64,000 nucleotides of DNA from an uncultured Rhodospirillaceae bacterium (GTDB taxonomy: Bacteria > Pseudomonadota > Alphaproteobacteria > Rhodospirillales > Magnetospirillaceae): assembly GCA_964404545.1 (NCBI GenBank), contig CAYOKN010000001.1:9669-73668 (forward strand). The letters run 5' to 3'. The translations under genes and the position numbers were made by a program. The notes under the pieces were generated by a model. That model saw only the letters and a program-made list of their open reading frames with translations. It made no database searches and had not been told where the DNA came from. Positions within the stretch are counted from its first letter, which is position 1. Every line of letters begins with the position of its first letter. Of the stretch, positions 28,838 to 36,723 are shown piece after piece.

Positions 28838-29854
28838 TCAATCCGAAAGCATCGCGCGCCGCAACTGCATCCCGCGCTTCAGATCATGAACCAGGGTTTT
28901 GCCGAGCACGCGGCATTCATCATTCCAGGAAAACTCTGTGGCGGGCCTGGCGAACATGAGGTCACCCTTGGCGATCACTGCGCCGGCAGGCAGGTCACGA
29001 GCTGCCACAAGACCTTTCCGGAACGCCTCGGCCATTCCTTCTTCGACGGCTTGTCGTTCCTTGCCGAACCGCCCCACCGCCGCCTTCAATTTCGGCGCCA
29101 TATCGACCAGGCGCCTCATATCATCGGCATCCACGGAAAGCTGGTGGTCGCGAAACTCCCGCCCCGTCTTGCAATCCGTAAAATGCACTTCGACGACACT
29201 GGCGCCCAGAGCAATCGCACCAAAAACCGCATCAAGTCCGATGACGTGGTTGGAATAACCCACCGCCACGCCATAGCGCTGGGCAAGAAACGGAATGCTC
29301 GCCAGATTTGCCTGCTCCAAAGGAACCGGGTACGCCGCCACGCAATGCAACAGCACCAAGCGCTCAGCGAGCGATACGTCGTCCGGCAGTTCTTCAAGGA
29401 CCCACTGCACTGCCCGATCAATCTCGACCGGTGTCCCGAGCCCCGTAGAGAGGATCACCGGCAGTCCGGTGGCAGCCGCAGCCCGAACCACGGGCTCGAA
29501 GGTCAAGTCTCCACTGGCGATCTTCATGGCCGACCCGAGGGTGGCCAACAAGGGCACCCAATCTTCGCTCACGGGGGTGGACAAGAACCGAACCCCCAGC
29601 TCCGCCGCTTCGGCAGCCAAGCGACGATGGGCCTCCTCATCCAACTGAAACCGGCTTACGCGGCTGAATCGGACCGGGTCGTCGCCAGCGATGAAACGCT
29701 CGGGCGTATAGCTCTGAAACTTGACCGCATCGGCGCCGGACTCCGCCGCCAATCTCAGAAGTTCGCTCGCCTTTTCGACGTCTCCCTCGTGGTTCACGCC
29801 GATCTCGGCAATGATCACGACATCGGTGCCCAGGTTCTTGCCAAACAGCCGCAT
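28838..29854 (-). CDS. NeuB-family nonulosonic-acid synthase (PseI/LegI/NeuB-like) with C-terminal SAF domain
   Basis: 'VVIIAEIGVNHEGDVEKASELLRLAAESGADAVKFQSY' and 'KIASGDLT' are NeuB core strings. The C-terminal 'GLVAARDLPAGAVIAKGDL' looks SAF-like. Confidence 0.88.
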   Translation of the reverse strand: MRLFGKNLGTDVVIIAEIGVNHEGDVEKASELLRLAAESGADAVKFQSYTPERFIAGDDPVRFSRVSRFQLDEEAHRRLAAEAAELGVRFLSTPVSEDWVPLLATLGSAMKIASGDLTFEPVVRAAAATGLPVILSTGLGTPVEIDRAVQWVLEELPDDVSLAERLVLLHCVAAYPVPLEQANLASIPFLAQRYGVAVGYSNHVIGLDAVFGAIALGASVVEVHFTDCKTGREFRDHQLSVDADDMRRLVDMAPKLKAAVGRFGKERQAVEEGMAEAFRKGLVAARDLPAGAVIAKGDLMFARPATEFSWNDECRVLGKTLVHDLKRGMQLRRAMLSD

Positions 29855-29868
29855 TTTCGATCCTAAGG

Positions 29869-30567
29869 TCAGGCCGCAGTTACAACCAAGAAATGATGCT
29901 CGACCAATATGTTGGCGCCGGTCGCCACCAGCCGTCTGCCATCCACGGTATTGATGGTGAACGTCTCGGTTGGTCGGCTTGGGGGCGGCAAATCAATCGG
30001 CAGCAGGAATTTTTCGAAGTCAGCCTTGTAGCCCCTGGCATCCAAGTGTTCACGCACGGTCCGCACGGAAAACGAGGTGAAGCCGCCATCCCAGTCCCCA
30101 CCTGGCACCTTGTATTGGATTTTGGTATCCACATCGGCGGAATTGAAACGACCGAACAGAAACAGGGTCCCGCCAGGCACCATCCAATTGAGCCAGATAT
30201 CGAGGACCCGGCAGGGATCGTCGAAAATGCTGAGAATGCCCGAGGCCACAAGGGCATCAAAGCGCTCTGCTGGCTGGTAGGTCAAGGAGTCGGCAACCTC
30301 GAACGTCATGCGCAAATGTTCGTTTGAAGATTTGGCAAGCTCAATCAATTCGGAGTTCAGGTCGATGCCGTGCAGGCTGATACCAGGAAAACGTTCGGCC
30401 AAAAGCCGCATCCCGAATCCTTGCGCGCAGCCGATGTCCAGAAAGCGTCCCGTCGGCTCGCCCAGCCGTTCCTCAATAATCTCCGCCAGCCGCAGTTCGT
30501 GAAACTTCGGCGGCCGTGCCGGCACAAACAGCTTGGCGTTTACATCCCTCCATCCGAACTGATTCAT
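29869..30567 (-). CDS. Class I SAM-dependent methyltransferase
   Basis: 'RFLDIGCAQGFGMRLL' is SAM motif I, and 'FDALVASGILSIFDD' is present. Confidence 0.8.
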   Translation of the reverse strand: MNQFGWRDVNAKLFVPARPPKFHELRLAEIIEERLGEPTGRFLDIGCAQGFGMRLLAERFPGISLHGIDLNSELIELAKSSNEHLRMTFEVADSLTYQPAERFDALVASGILSIFDDPCRVLDIWLNWMVPGGTLFLFGRFNSADVDTKIQYKVPGGDWDGGFTSFSVRTVREHLDARGYKADFEKFLLPIDLPPPSRPTETFTINTVDGRRLVATGANILVEHHFLVVTAA

Positions 30568-32214
30568 TCAGTTGCTTTCCTTTGACTTTGCGCAGTTTTC
30601 CGCGATGACGCCTCGCAACCAGGCAACCAGTGCCGGTCGATCGACGATCAACGGCACACCCGAGGCGAACTCGCGAAAACCGGCCAGGGTGCCGGTTGGA
30701 TCGTAGTAGACCGATGGCCTGTCACAGGCAACACCTATTGCGCCGGTTGTCGTGAAGGGCATGGAAATCACCGCGGCGCTTCCCAGACAGAGGCGATGAG
30801 CCGGCGCGTTCGGCCCGACCAACATGCAGTCGAACTGGTCGATCAGCACCTCGTAGAGCCCCCCCTTGTGCCGTGCGGGCGTGCGCCCGCCACGCCCTTT
30901 GACTAGTCCGCCTTTCGGCTTATAGAGCGGCACAGCTCCAGCCTCTCGGATGGCCGAGAAGACATCATTGAGAAACCTCAGGACGATGTCGTCGGTTTGA
31001 TAGGGCCGGGGAGCCCCCACGCGTCCGGAAACCGATGGACGACGCGGCGGAATATCGAACACCGCCACCATCGGACCATCAACCACCGGCAGCGGCAATC
31101 CATCATCTGTCAGCGAAACATCGTCAGCCAGCAGAAACTCTCCGACGATGTTCTGTTGGCGATAGGCCTCGGCCTGAAACGCGTGAAAAACCGTGTACCG
31201 AGACCACGACCAAAACAAAAAGTGAGGATTGATCTGGCGTTGATCCGGCAAACCTTTTTGAAACTCATTAACACTGTGGGAATACGAGACCAAAGTGACT
31301 TTTGATCCCTGGCGCTCGACATAATATGTCCAAAGCGGCCTTTCCAAGGCAAAGCCCATGTGAAAGAGATAATCAACGGCAAGCCGGTCCGAAGGCAAAC
31401 GTCGGACATAGGAATAGTCAATAATCTGGCGTAATAGCAGTGCCGCCCACCAACGACCCACGAGCGTCAGAAGCGCCGCTCCCACACAAAGGCGCAAGGC
31501 ATCGCCCAAAAAGGCTAGACGCCGGCCACGTCCCTCAAGAGCGGGAAAAGGATCTCCCGTTACGATTTCCAGCCAAGGCGGCGCCTCGCCACGTCCGCCG
31601 CCATGACTTTGGGCCCAAACCCGCTGCACGGAAGCCGGACGAATTGTCGACTGCCAATACCAATTACACGCGTCGAAATATCGACCATCGGGAGTTTGCG
31701 GCGCCGGTGTCTGTGTCGGGGCAAGGCCCAGCAACACAGCATAGGGTGCATCGACCCGCCCCCCGGCCCTCGCGCCCTTCACGTAATGGCCGAACCGTCG
31801 GAAGCCATCCCTCAGATGTCTGACCAGCACCAATGCAAATCGCAGGCGGCTCCACAGCGGATGAGAAGCCTGTCCGTTTTCCGCGAAAATCGAACGCCAC
31901 TGAGTTGGAAGGGGAAGGACAAACGGACCGGTCTCACCACACAGAACCCGAGCCGCATCGGCAAATGCGCCCGCCTCCCATGCAATATAGAACAGCCGTT
32001 GACGCAAATAATTCTTGGCGGGTTCGGCCATCCCGGCAGGCAGTAAGCCGAAGAATGCAGTGGCCGGAAGATCGAGGTCGGCGCTCAACCGCGGGACAAC
32101 GCGGAGATTGTCAAAATCACGCTGTTGCCGTGCCAGCACCCGACAGGCTTGAAGGCGCCGCCGGAGGGTTCGGCGAGCCGCCGCGCCACTGATCAACTGG
32201 CAAATCGACCTCAA
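30568..32214 (-). CDS. Large orphan protein; possibly the 'polysaccharide biosynthesis PFTS-motif protein' family (from memory only)
   Basis: 548-aa ORF and first gene of the 32-kb minus-strand train. 'ISMPFTTTGAIGVACDRPSVYYDP' lies near the C-terminus. The start is uncertain: TTG at 32214 or ATG at 32031. Confidence 0.55.
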   Translation of the reverse strand: MRSICQLISGAAARRTLRRRLQACRVLARQQRDFDNLRVVPRLSADLDLPATAFFGLLPAGMAEPAKNYLRQRLFYIAWEAGAFADAARVLCGETGPFVLPLPTQWRSIFAENGQASHPLWSRLRFALVLVRHLRDGFRRFGHYVKGARAGGRVDAPYAVLLGLAPTQTPAPQTPDGRYFDACNWYWQSTIRPASVQRVWAQSHGGGRGEAPPWLEIVTGDPFPALEGRGRRLAFLGDALRLCVGAALLTLVGRWWAALLLRQIIDYSYVRRLPSDRLAVDYLFHMGFALERPLWTYYVERQGSKVTLVSYSHSVNEFQKGLPDQRQINPHFLFWSWSRYTVFHAFQAEAYRQQNIVGEFLLADDVSLTDDGLPLPVVDGPMVAVFDIPPRRPSVSGRVGAPRPYQTDDIVLRFLNDVFSAIREAGAVPLYKPKGGLVKGRGGRTPARHKGGLYEVLIDQFDCMLVGPNAPAHRLCLGSAAVISMPFTTTGAIGVACDRPSVYYDPTGTLAGFREFASGVPLIVDRPALVAWLRGVIAENCAKSKESN

Positions 32215-32458
32215 AAAATGCAGCTTTCCAAGCAGGAAGGACGCACCCGAATAGCGATTCAGCCGTACCTACGTCAAGCTTGTTTTGAAAAGCATGCTTC
32301 AGATAAGATGCCGTTGACCTGAGTGAGGCTATGCAAGCCGCCTTATATCATACTATTCTAGTTTGGTATTGGCGCTAGCGCTTAGTGCGCAGCCCCCGGT
32401 CGGGCCCCCACTCGGGCTCGTCCGCAGCACTGCCTCGGAATTCGCTGGAGCAAGACAA
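32215..32458. promoter_or_regulatory. Divergent promoter/leader region between the 32-kb minus-strand train and the plus-strand radical-SAM operon
   Basis: This 244-bp gap is the longest non-coding one in the window and is locally AT-rich. It contains the 10-nt palindromes AAGCATGCTT (32290-32299) and GCGCTAGCGC (32372-32381). GGAG lies 9 nt before the ATG at 32459. I could not assign -35/-10 boxes confidently. Confidence 0.5.
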
Positions 32459-34006
32459 ATGAAAGTCCTCTTCGTCAATCCGAGCCTTCGGCCCGAGATC
32501 GACCACAGGTATCTACCCGTGGGTCTGGGTTATGTGGTGACGGCCGTCAAAGAGGCAGGGATCGCGTTCGATCTTCTGGACATCGATATTGGAAATTATT
32601 CCAATTCCTACGTTGAGCAATATCTGGAAAAGAACCGATACGACGTCATTTGCTTCGGCTGCATCGTTACTCACTATCGGTGGAGCAAGTGGTTCATCCA
32701 CACCATCAAGAAATATCAGCCTGATTGTAAAGTGGTGGTTGGTAACTCCGTCGGCTCCTCCATTCCCGAGGTGCTGTTTGCCCACACGCCGGTGGATGTG
32801 GTGGTCCTCGGCGAAGGCGATGTGACCATCGTCGAACTGCTTGAAGCCTTGGAAGCTGGCACGTCTCTGGGCGAAATGGTCGAGCCGCCGACCCCGGTGC
32901 CGCACAAGAACGGCACCCTCCCGGCGACGTTGAAAGGTGATGGCATCGCGGGCATCGTGTTCCGTGACAAGCTGGGCCGGATCATCAACAACGGCCGCCG
33001 CAAGGCCATGCGGTTGATTGACGATTTCCCTTATCCGGACTGGGACATCTTCAACGTCGAGGACTACATCGTCCGCAGCAAGGGGCGTGCCTACGAAACC
33101 ACATTCTTCGCCCCGGAGGACGTGGTCATTTTTCCGGTCAACACGGCGCGCGGGTGCGTTTTCAAATGCACATTCTGCAATCACCAGTTTTGGCACGACC
33201 CCTATCGTCACCGCTCCCCCGAAAACATCATCGGCGAGATCAAGCGCAACAAGGAAAAATACGGCGCAAACTACATTAACTTCTGGGATGAACTAAGCTT
33301 CCATAAGGTACAGCCGGCCGAAAAGTTCGTGGACGCCATGCTTGCGGCCGACCTCGGGGTTCACTGGACTGCGGCCGTACGATCTGATCTTTTTGGACGC
33401 CCCGACGTGCCGTACGAAGACCGGCTGAGATTGGGTCAGAAGTTCAAGAAGGCGGGCTGCCTGTCCTTGGGCTTCTCGCTCGAGTCGGGCAACGACCAGA
33501 TCCTGGAAGCCATGAACAAGCGAGTCAAATCGGACTATTTCCGGGAACAGGTCTTGCTGCTCAAGAAGGTTGGTGTTGCGACCGCCACCAGCGTCGTGCT
33601 GGGCTATCCACAAGAAACGGTCGAAACCATCGGTGAAACCATGCGCATGTGTGAAGACCTGCGCGTTTATCCCAGCGTCGGCTTTCTGCTTCCGCTACCC
33701 GAAACCGGCATGTGGGCCCACGCCATCGACAACAGGTTCATTACCGACATCGACGATTTCCTCGAGAACCGCATGACCGAGCGGCAGGATATCGTTCTCA
33801 ACATGACAGAGATGAGCAACGACACCATCCTCGACGAAGTTCAAAAATGGCTCGACCAGATCAACACGGCGCTCGGCCGCAAGGTGGAGGGCGACCTGAT
33901 CCGCACGAAGGGTCATGAACGCCACAACAAGCACCAGAATGAAGAAGTCATCAAGGCAGAAGGCAGCAGCGTGCTGAATTTCGCCACGGTGACCGGCAAG
34001 TTTTAG
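32459..34006 (+). CDS. B12-binding-domain radical SAM enzyme (class B-like)
   Basis: Trimmed to 'MKVLFVNPSLRPEIDHRYLPVGLGYVVTAVKEAG', a cobalamin-binding-type N-terminus. The radical SAM cluster motif 'CVFKCTFC' (CxxxCxxC) is present. Confidence 0.88.
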   Translation: MKVLFVNPSLRPEIDHRYLPVGLGYVVTAVKEAGIAFDLLDIDIGNYSNSYVEQYLEKNRYDVICFGCIVTHYRWSKWFIHTIKKYQPDCKVVVGNSVGSSIPEVLFAHTPVDVVVLGEGDVTIVELLEALEAGTSLGEMVEPPTPVPHKNGTLPATLKGDGIAGIVFRDKLGRIINNGRRKAMRLIDDFPYPDWDIFNVEDYIVRSKGRAYETTFFAPEDVVIFPVNTARGCVFKCTFCNHQFWHDPYRHRSPENIIGEIKRNKEKYGANYINFWDELSFHKVQPAEKFVDAMLAADLGVHWTAAVRSDLFGRPDVPYEDRLRLGQKFKKAGCLSLGFSLESGNDQILEAMNKRVKSDYFREQVLLLKKVGVATATSVVLGYPQETVETIGETMRMCEDLRVYPSVGFLLPLPETGMWAHAIDNRFITDIDDFLENRMTERQDIVLNMTEMSNDTILDEVQKWLDQINTALGRKVEGDLIRTKGHERHNKHQNEEVIKAEGSSVLNFATVTGKF

Positions 34007-34023
34007 TCCAAAAGGGAACGAGG

Positions 34024-35319
34024 ATGACCATCCAGTCGCCGGAGATCGGCGATCTCATGCATTCCTGGGCGCGGGATCTTTATCCCATCCCGCGCAGCCT
34101 GACCGGCAACGGGGTCCGCCAGTCGCTGGCCTATCTGCAAAAGCTCATCCCCGAGATGACCATCCATGAAGTTCCGTCGGGCACGGCCTGCTTCGATTGG
34201 GCGGTGCCGGACGAATGGAACATCCGCGATGCCTACATTGCCGACGAGGCGGGCAACCGGGTGGTGGACTTCAAGCAGCATACGCTGCATGTGATGGGCT
34301 ATTCCGAGCCGGTCGATGCCTGGATGACTCTCGACGACCTGCAACCGCATCTCTATTCACTTCCCGAGATGCCGGACGCCATTCCCTATATCACCTCATT
34401 CTACAAGCGCCGCTGGGGCTTCTGCCTGCAGCACGAGAAGCGCGAGGCTCTAAAGCCCGGACGTTACCACGTGGTGATTGACAGCACCCTGGAGCCCGGC
34501 AGCCTGACCTATGGTGAAGTGATCCTGCCGGGTCGGGAACAGAAGGAAATTCTTCTTTCCACCTATATCTGCCACCCGTCCATGGGCAACAACGAGCTAT
34601 CCGGCCCTGTGGTGACCACAGCCCTGGCCCGCTGGGTGGCCGGCCTCAAGGATCGCCGCCATACCTACCGCATCGTGTTCTGCCCGGAGACCATCGGCAC
34701 GATCCTCTATATCAGCCGCAATCTCGAGGCCCTGAAAAAGAACACCATCGCCGCCTTTGTGATCACCTGCATCGGCGATGAGCGCAATTACTCCCTCATG
34801 CGCTCGCGCCTGGGCGACACCCTGGCGGACCGGGTGGCGACCCATGTGTTCAAGCACTATGCCGGCAATTACCGGGAGTATGCCTTTCTGGAAGGCGGCG
34901 GCAGTGACGAACGGCAATATGGCAGCCCGGGAGTGGACCTGCCCGTGGTGTCGCCCATGCGCACCAAGCACGGCGACTTCCCGGAATACCACACCTCCAA
35001 GGACGATCTTTCGGTGATCACCCCGGCCGGCCTGTTTGGCGGCTATGAGGTGGTGCGCCGCTGCCTCGAGGCCTTGGAGGGCAATTACCGCTACCGCACC
35101 AAGGTTCTGTGCGAACCCCAATTGGGCAAGCGGGGCCTGTATCCCACCCTCAGCACCGGCAAGACATCGCGGGATATCAGCGTCATGCGCCGCGTCCTTT
35201 CCTACAGCGACGGCAACCACGACCTGTTGCAGGTGGCCGAGCGCATCCAGGTACCTGTCTGGGAATGCATGGAGCAGGCTGAGAAACTGTTCGCCGGCGG
35301 TGTGCTGGAGCGGATCTGA
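34024..35319 (+). CDS. Aminopeptidase-like (M28-fold) DUF4910/DUF2172-type protein with C-terminal winged-helix
   Basis: 431 aa. 'LMHSWARDLYPIPRSLTGNGVRQSLAYLQKLIPEMTIHEVPSGTACFDWAVPDEWN' is how I remember this family starting. A good RBS (GGGAACGAGG) precedes the ATG at 34024. Confidence 0.7.
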   Translation: MTIQSPEIGDLMHSWARDLYPIPRSLTGNGVRQSLAYLQKLIPEMTIHEVPSGTACFDWAVPDEWNIRDAYIADEAGNRVVDFKQHTLHVMGYSEPVDAWMTLDDLQPHLYSLPEMPDAIPYITSFYKRRWGFCLQHEKREALKPGRYHVVIDSTLEPGSLTYGEVILPGREQKEILLSTYICHPSMGNNELSGPVVTTALARWVAGLKDRRHTYRIVFCPETIGTILYISRNLEALKKNTIAAFVITCIGDERNYSLMRSRLGDTLADRVATHVFKHYAGNYREYAFLEGGGSDERQYGSPGVDLPVVSPMRTKHGDFPEYHTSKDDLSVITPAGLFGGYEVVRRCLEALEGNYRYRTKVLCEPQLGKRGLYPTLSTGKTSRDISVMRRVLSYSDGNHDLLQVAERIQVPVWECMEQAEKLFAGGVLERI

Positions 35320-35333
35320 GCCCTCGACTTGAC

Positions 35334-35361
35334 GGGCCGCACGACATCGGTCATGCGGCCC
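35334..35361. terminator. GC-rich hairpin between convergent genes, possibly a bidirectional terminator
   Basis: GGGCCGCA (35334-35341) pairs perfectly with TGCGGCCC (35354-35361), leaving a 12-nt loop. There is no flanking U-tract, so this is not a canonical intrinsic terminator. Confidence 0.35.
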
Positions 35362-35367
35362 GATCCA

Positions 35368-36081
35368 TTACAGCTTACGCAGTACCAGAGACGGCTGGCG
35401 CGCGTTCCGAACGTTCTCGGGACGGTAGCGTCCGCCCACGCGCTCCATGAACTCGCGCACCGCCAGGGTCTCTCCCGGGTAGCGCTCATAGTTCCATTCG
35501 TCAAAGACGAACACACCGCCCGGAGCCAGACGGGAATCGAGTTCCTCCAACATGATCTTGCTGGGCTCGTACAGGTCCAGGTCGCAATAGACCATCGAGA
35601 AACTGAGTTCGGGACGATCCTTCATCAGGGGGATGAGAGTGTTCTGAACCAGCCCCTTGTGGATCACGATGTCGTCCTGCAGTCCCAGGACATCGATCAT
35701 GTCCAGCATCTCCTCCAGCGACCCCTTGTAATCACCACGCCCTTCGGAGGCATTGCCATCCTCGGGGACAAAAGTGGTCAGGCCCTCGAAGCTGTCGAAG
35801 CAATGAACCAGCTTCTGGCCCATGGGATCATGGATGCGCAGAAGCTTGGCCAAAAAAAGCAGGTTCGCCCCGCGCCAGGACCCGAACTCGGCAATATGGC
35901 CGGGAACGTCCAGGGTGCTGCGGAAGATGTCCAGGATCGCCAGGCTGCGGGCCAGGTTCGACGTGCCGCAATAGAGCTGCCAATGGTCCATCACCGACCA
36001 GATTTCGCGCGCTCCATATTTGGCTGAGAATTCTTTGCGCTTGGCCAGATAGCGGCTGTCTTCGGCGGCGAACTTCGGCAC
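35368..36081 (-). CDS. TylF/MycF-family (macrocin-type) SAM-dependent O-methyltransferase
   Basis: 'VPGHIAEFGSWRGANLLFLAKLL...VHCFDSFEGL...MVYCDLDLYEP' fits the TylF fold. I trimmed the 427-aa track ORF to the in-frame GTG at 36081, which is preceded by GGGGAG plus 7 nt. The longer form would overlap the GNAT gene. Confidence 0.75.
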   Translation of the reverse strand: MPKFAAEDSRYLAKRKEFSAKYGAREIWSVMDHWQLYCGTSNLARSLAILDIFRSTLDVPGHIAEFGSWRGANLLFLAKLLRIHDPMGQKLVHCFDSFEGLTTFVPEDGNASEGRGDYKGSLEEMLDMIDVLGLQDDIVIHKGLVQNTLIPLMKDRPELSFSMVYCDLDLYEPSKIMLEELDSRLAPGGVFVFDEWNYERYPGETLAVREFMERVGGRYRPENVRNARQPSLVLRKL

Positions 36082-36165
36082 TTTGGCACTCCCCGTTTTC
36101 ACCTTGATCGGTCGAGCATCTTCCTTAGCACGGAAATCGGACTCGTGATATATCTGGCACCGATC

Positions 36166-36723
36166 ATGACCGCCCCGTTGACGCCCCCTTGCCTGCCTGG
36201 ACAGTCCATCTTCCTGCGCCCCTTGTCCGACGCAGACGTGAGCGACAGCTATATCGGCTGGCTGAATGACCCGGAGGTCGGCCGGTTTCTGGAAACCCGA
36301 TACAGCCACCATGACCGCGCCAGTGTTTTGAACTTCGTGCGGGCCATGAATACCAGCGGCGTGGAGTTCCTGTTCGGCATCTTCCTGGCCGCCGACGGCC
36401 GGCATGTGGGCAATATCAAAGTCGGTCCCATCAAATGGCCGCACCCGGTGGCGGACGTGTCCCTGCTGATCGGCGACAGATCCGTCTGGGGAAGGGGTGT
36501 GGCGACAGAGGCCATCGGCCTGATCAGCCGGTGGGCCTTCAAGGACCTGGCCGTACGCAAACTGAGCGCCGGGCTGTATGCCCCCAATGAAGGCAGCCGC
36601 CGCGCCTTCCTGAAGGCAGGCTACCAGCAAGAGGGGCTGCGTCGGCGCCACTATCTCCTGGATGGGACCATGTGCGACCTGGTGGAGATGGGTCTCTGCC
36701 CTGAAGATCTTTCAGTGGAATGA
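36166..36723 (+). CDS. GNAT-family N-acetyltransferase (RimL/PseH-like)
   Basis: 'IFLRPLSDADVSDSYIGWLNDPEVGRFL' and 'VWGRGVATEAIGLISRWAF' match the acetyl-CoA-binding R/Q-x-x-G-x-G/A-type motif. The start is the ATG at 36166 or the GTG at 36145. Confidence 0.8.
   Translation: MTAPLTPPCLPGQSIFLRPLSDADVSDSYIGWLNDPEVGRFLETRYSHHDRASVLNFVRAMNTSGVEFLFGIFLAADGRHVGNIKVGPIKWPHPVADVSLLIGDRSVWGRGVATEAIGLISRWAFKDLAVRKLSAGLYAPNEGSRRAFLKAGYQQEGLRRRHYLLDGTMCDLVEMGLCPEDLSVE

Noticed and set aside
35368-36651. 427-aa version of the TylF-like methyltransferase ORF
   Set aside because: The N-terminal ~190 aa are Gly/Ala/Gln-rich and would fully overlap the well-supported GNAT gene on the other strand. An in-frame GTG at 36081 with a GGGGAG RBS gives a 237-aa protein, which is the normal TylF size.
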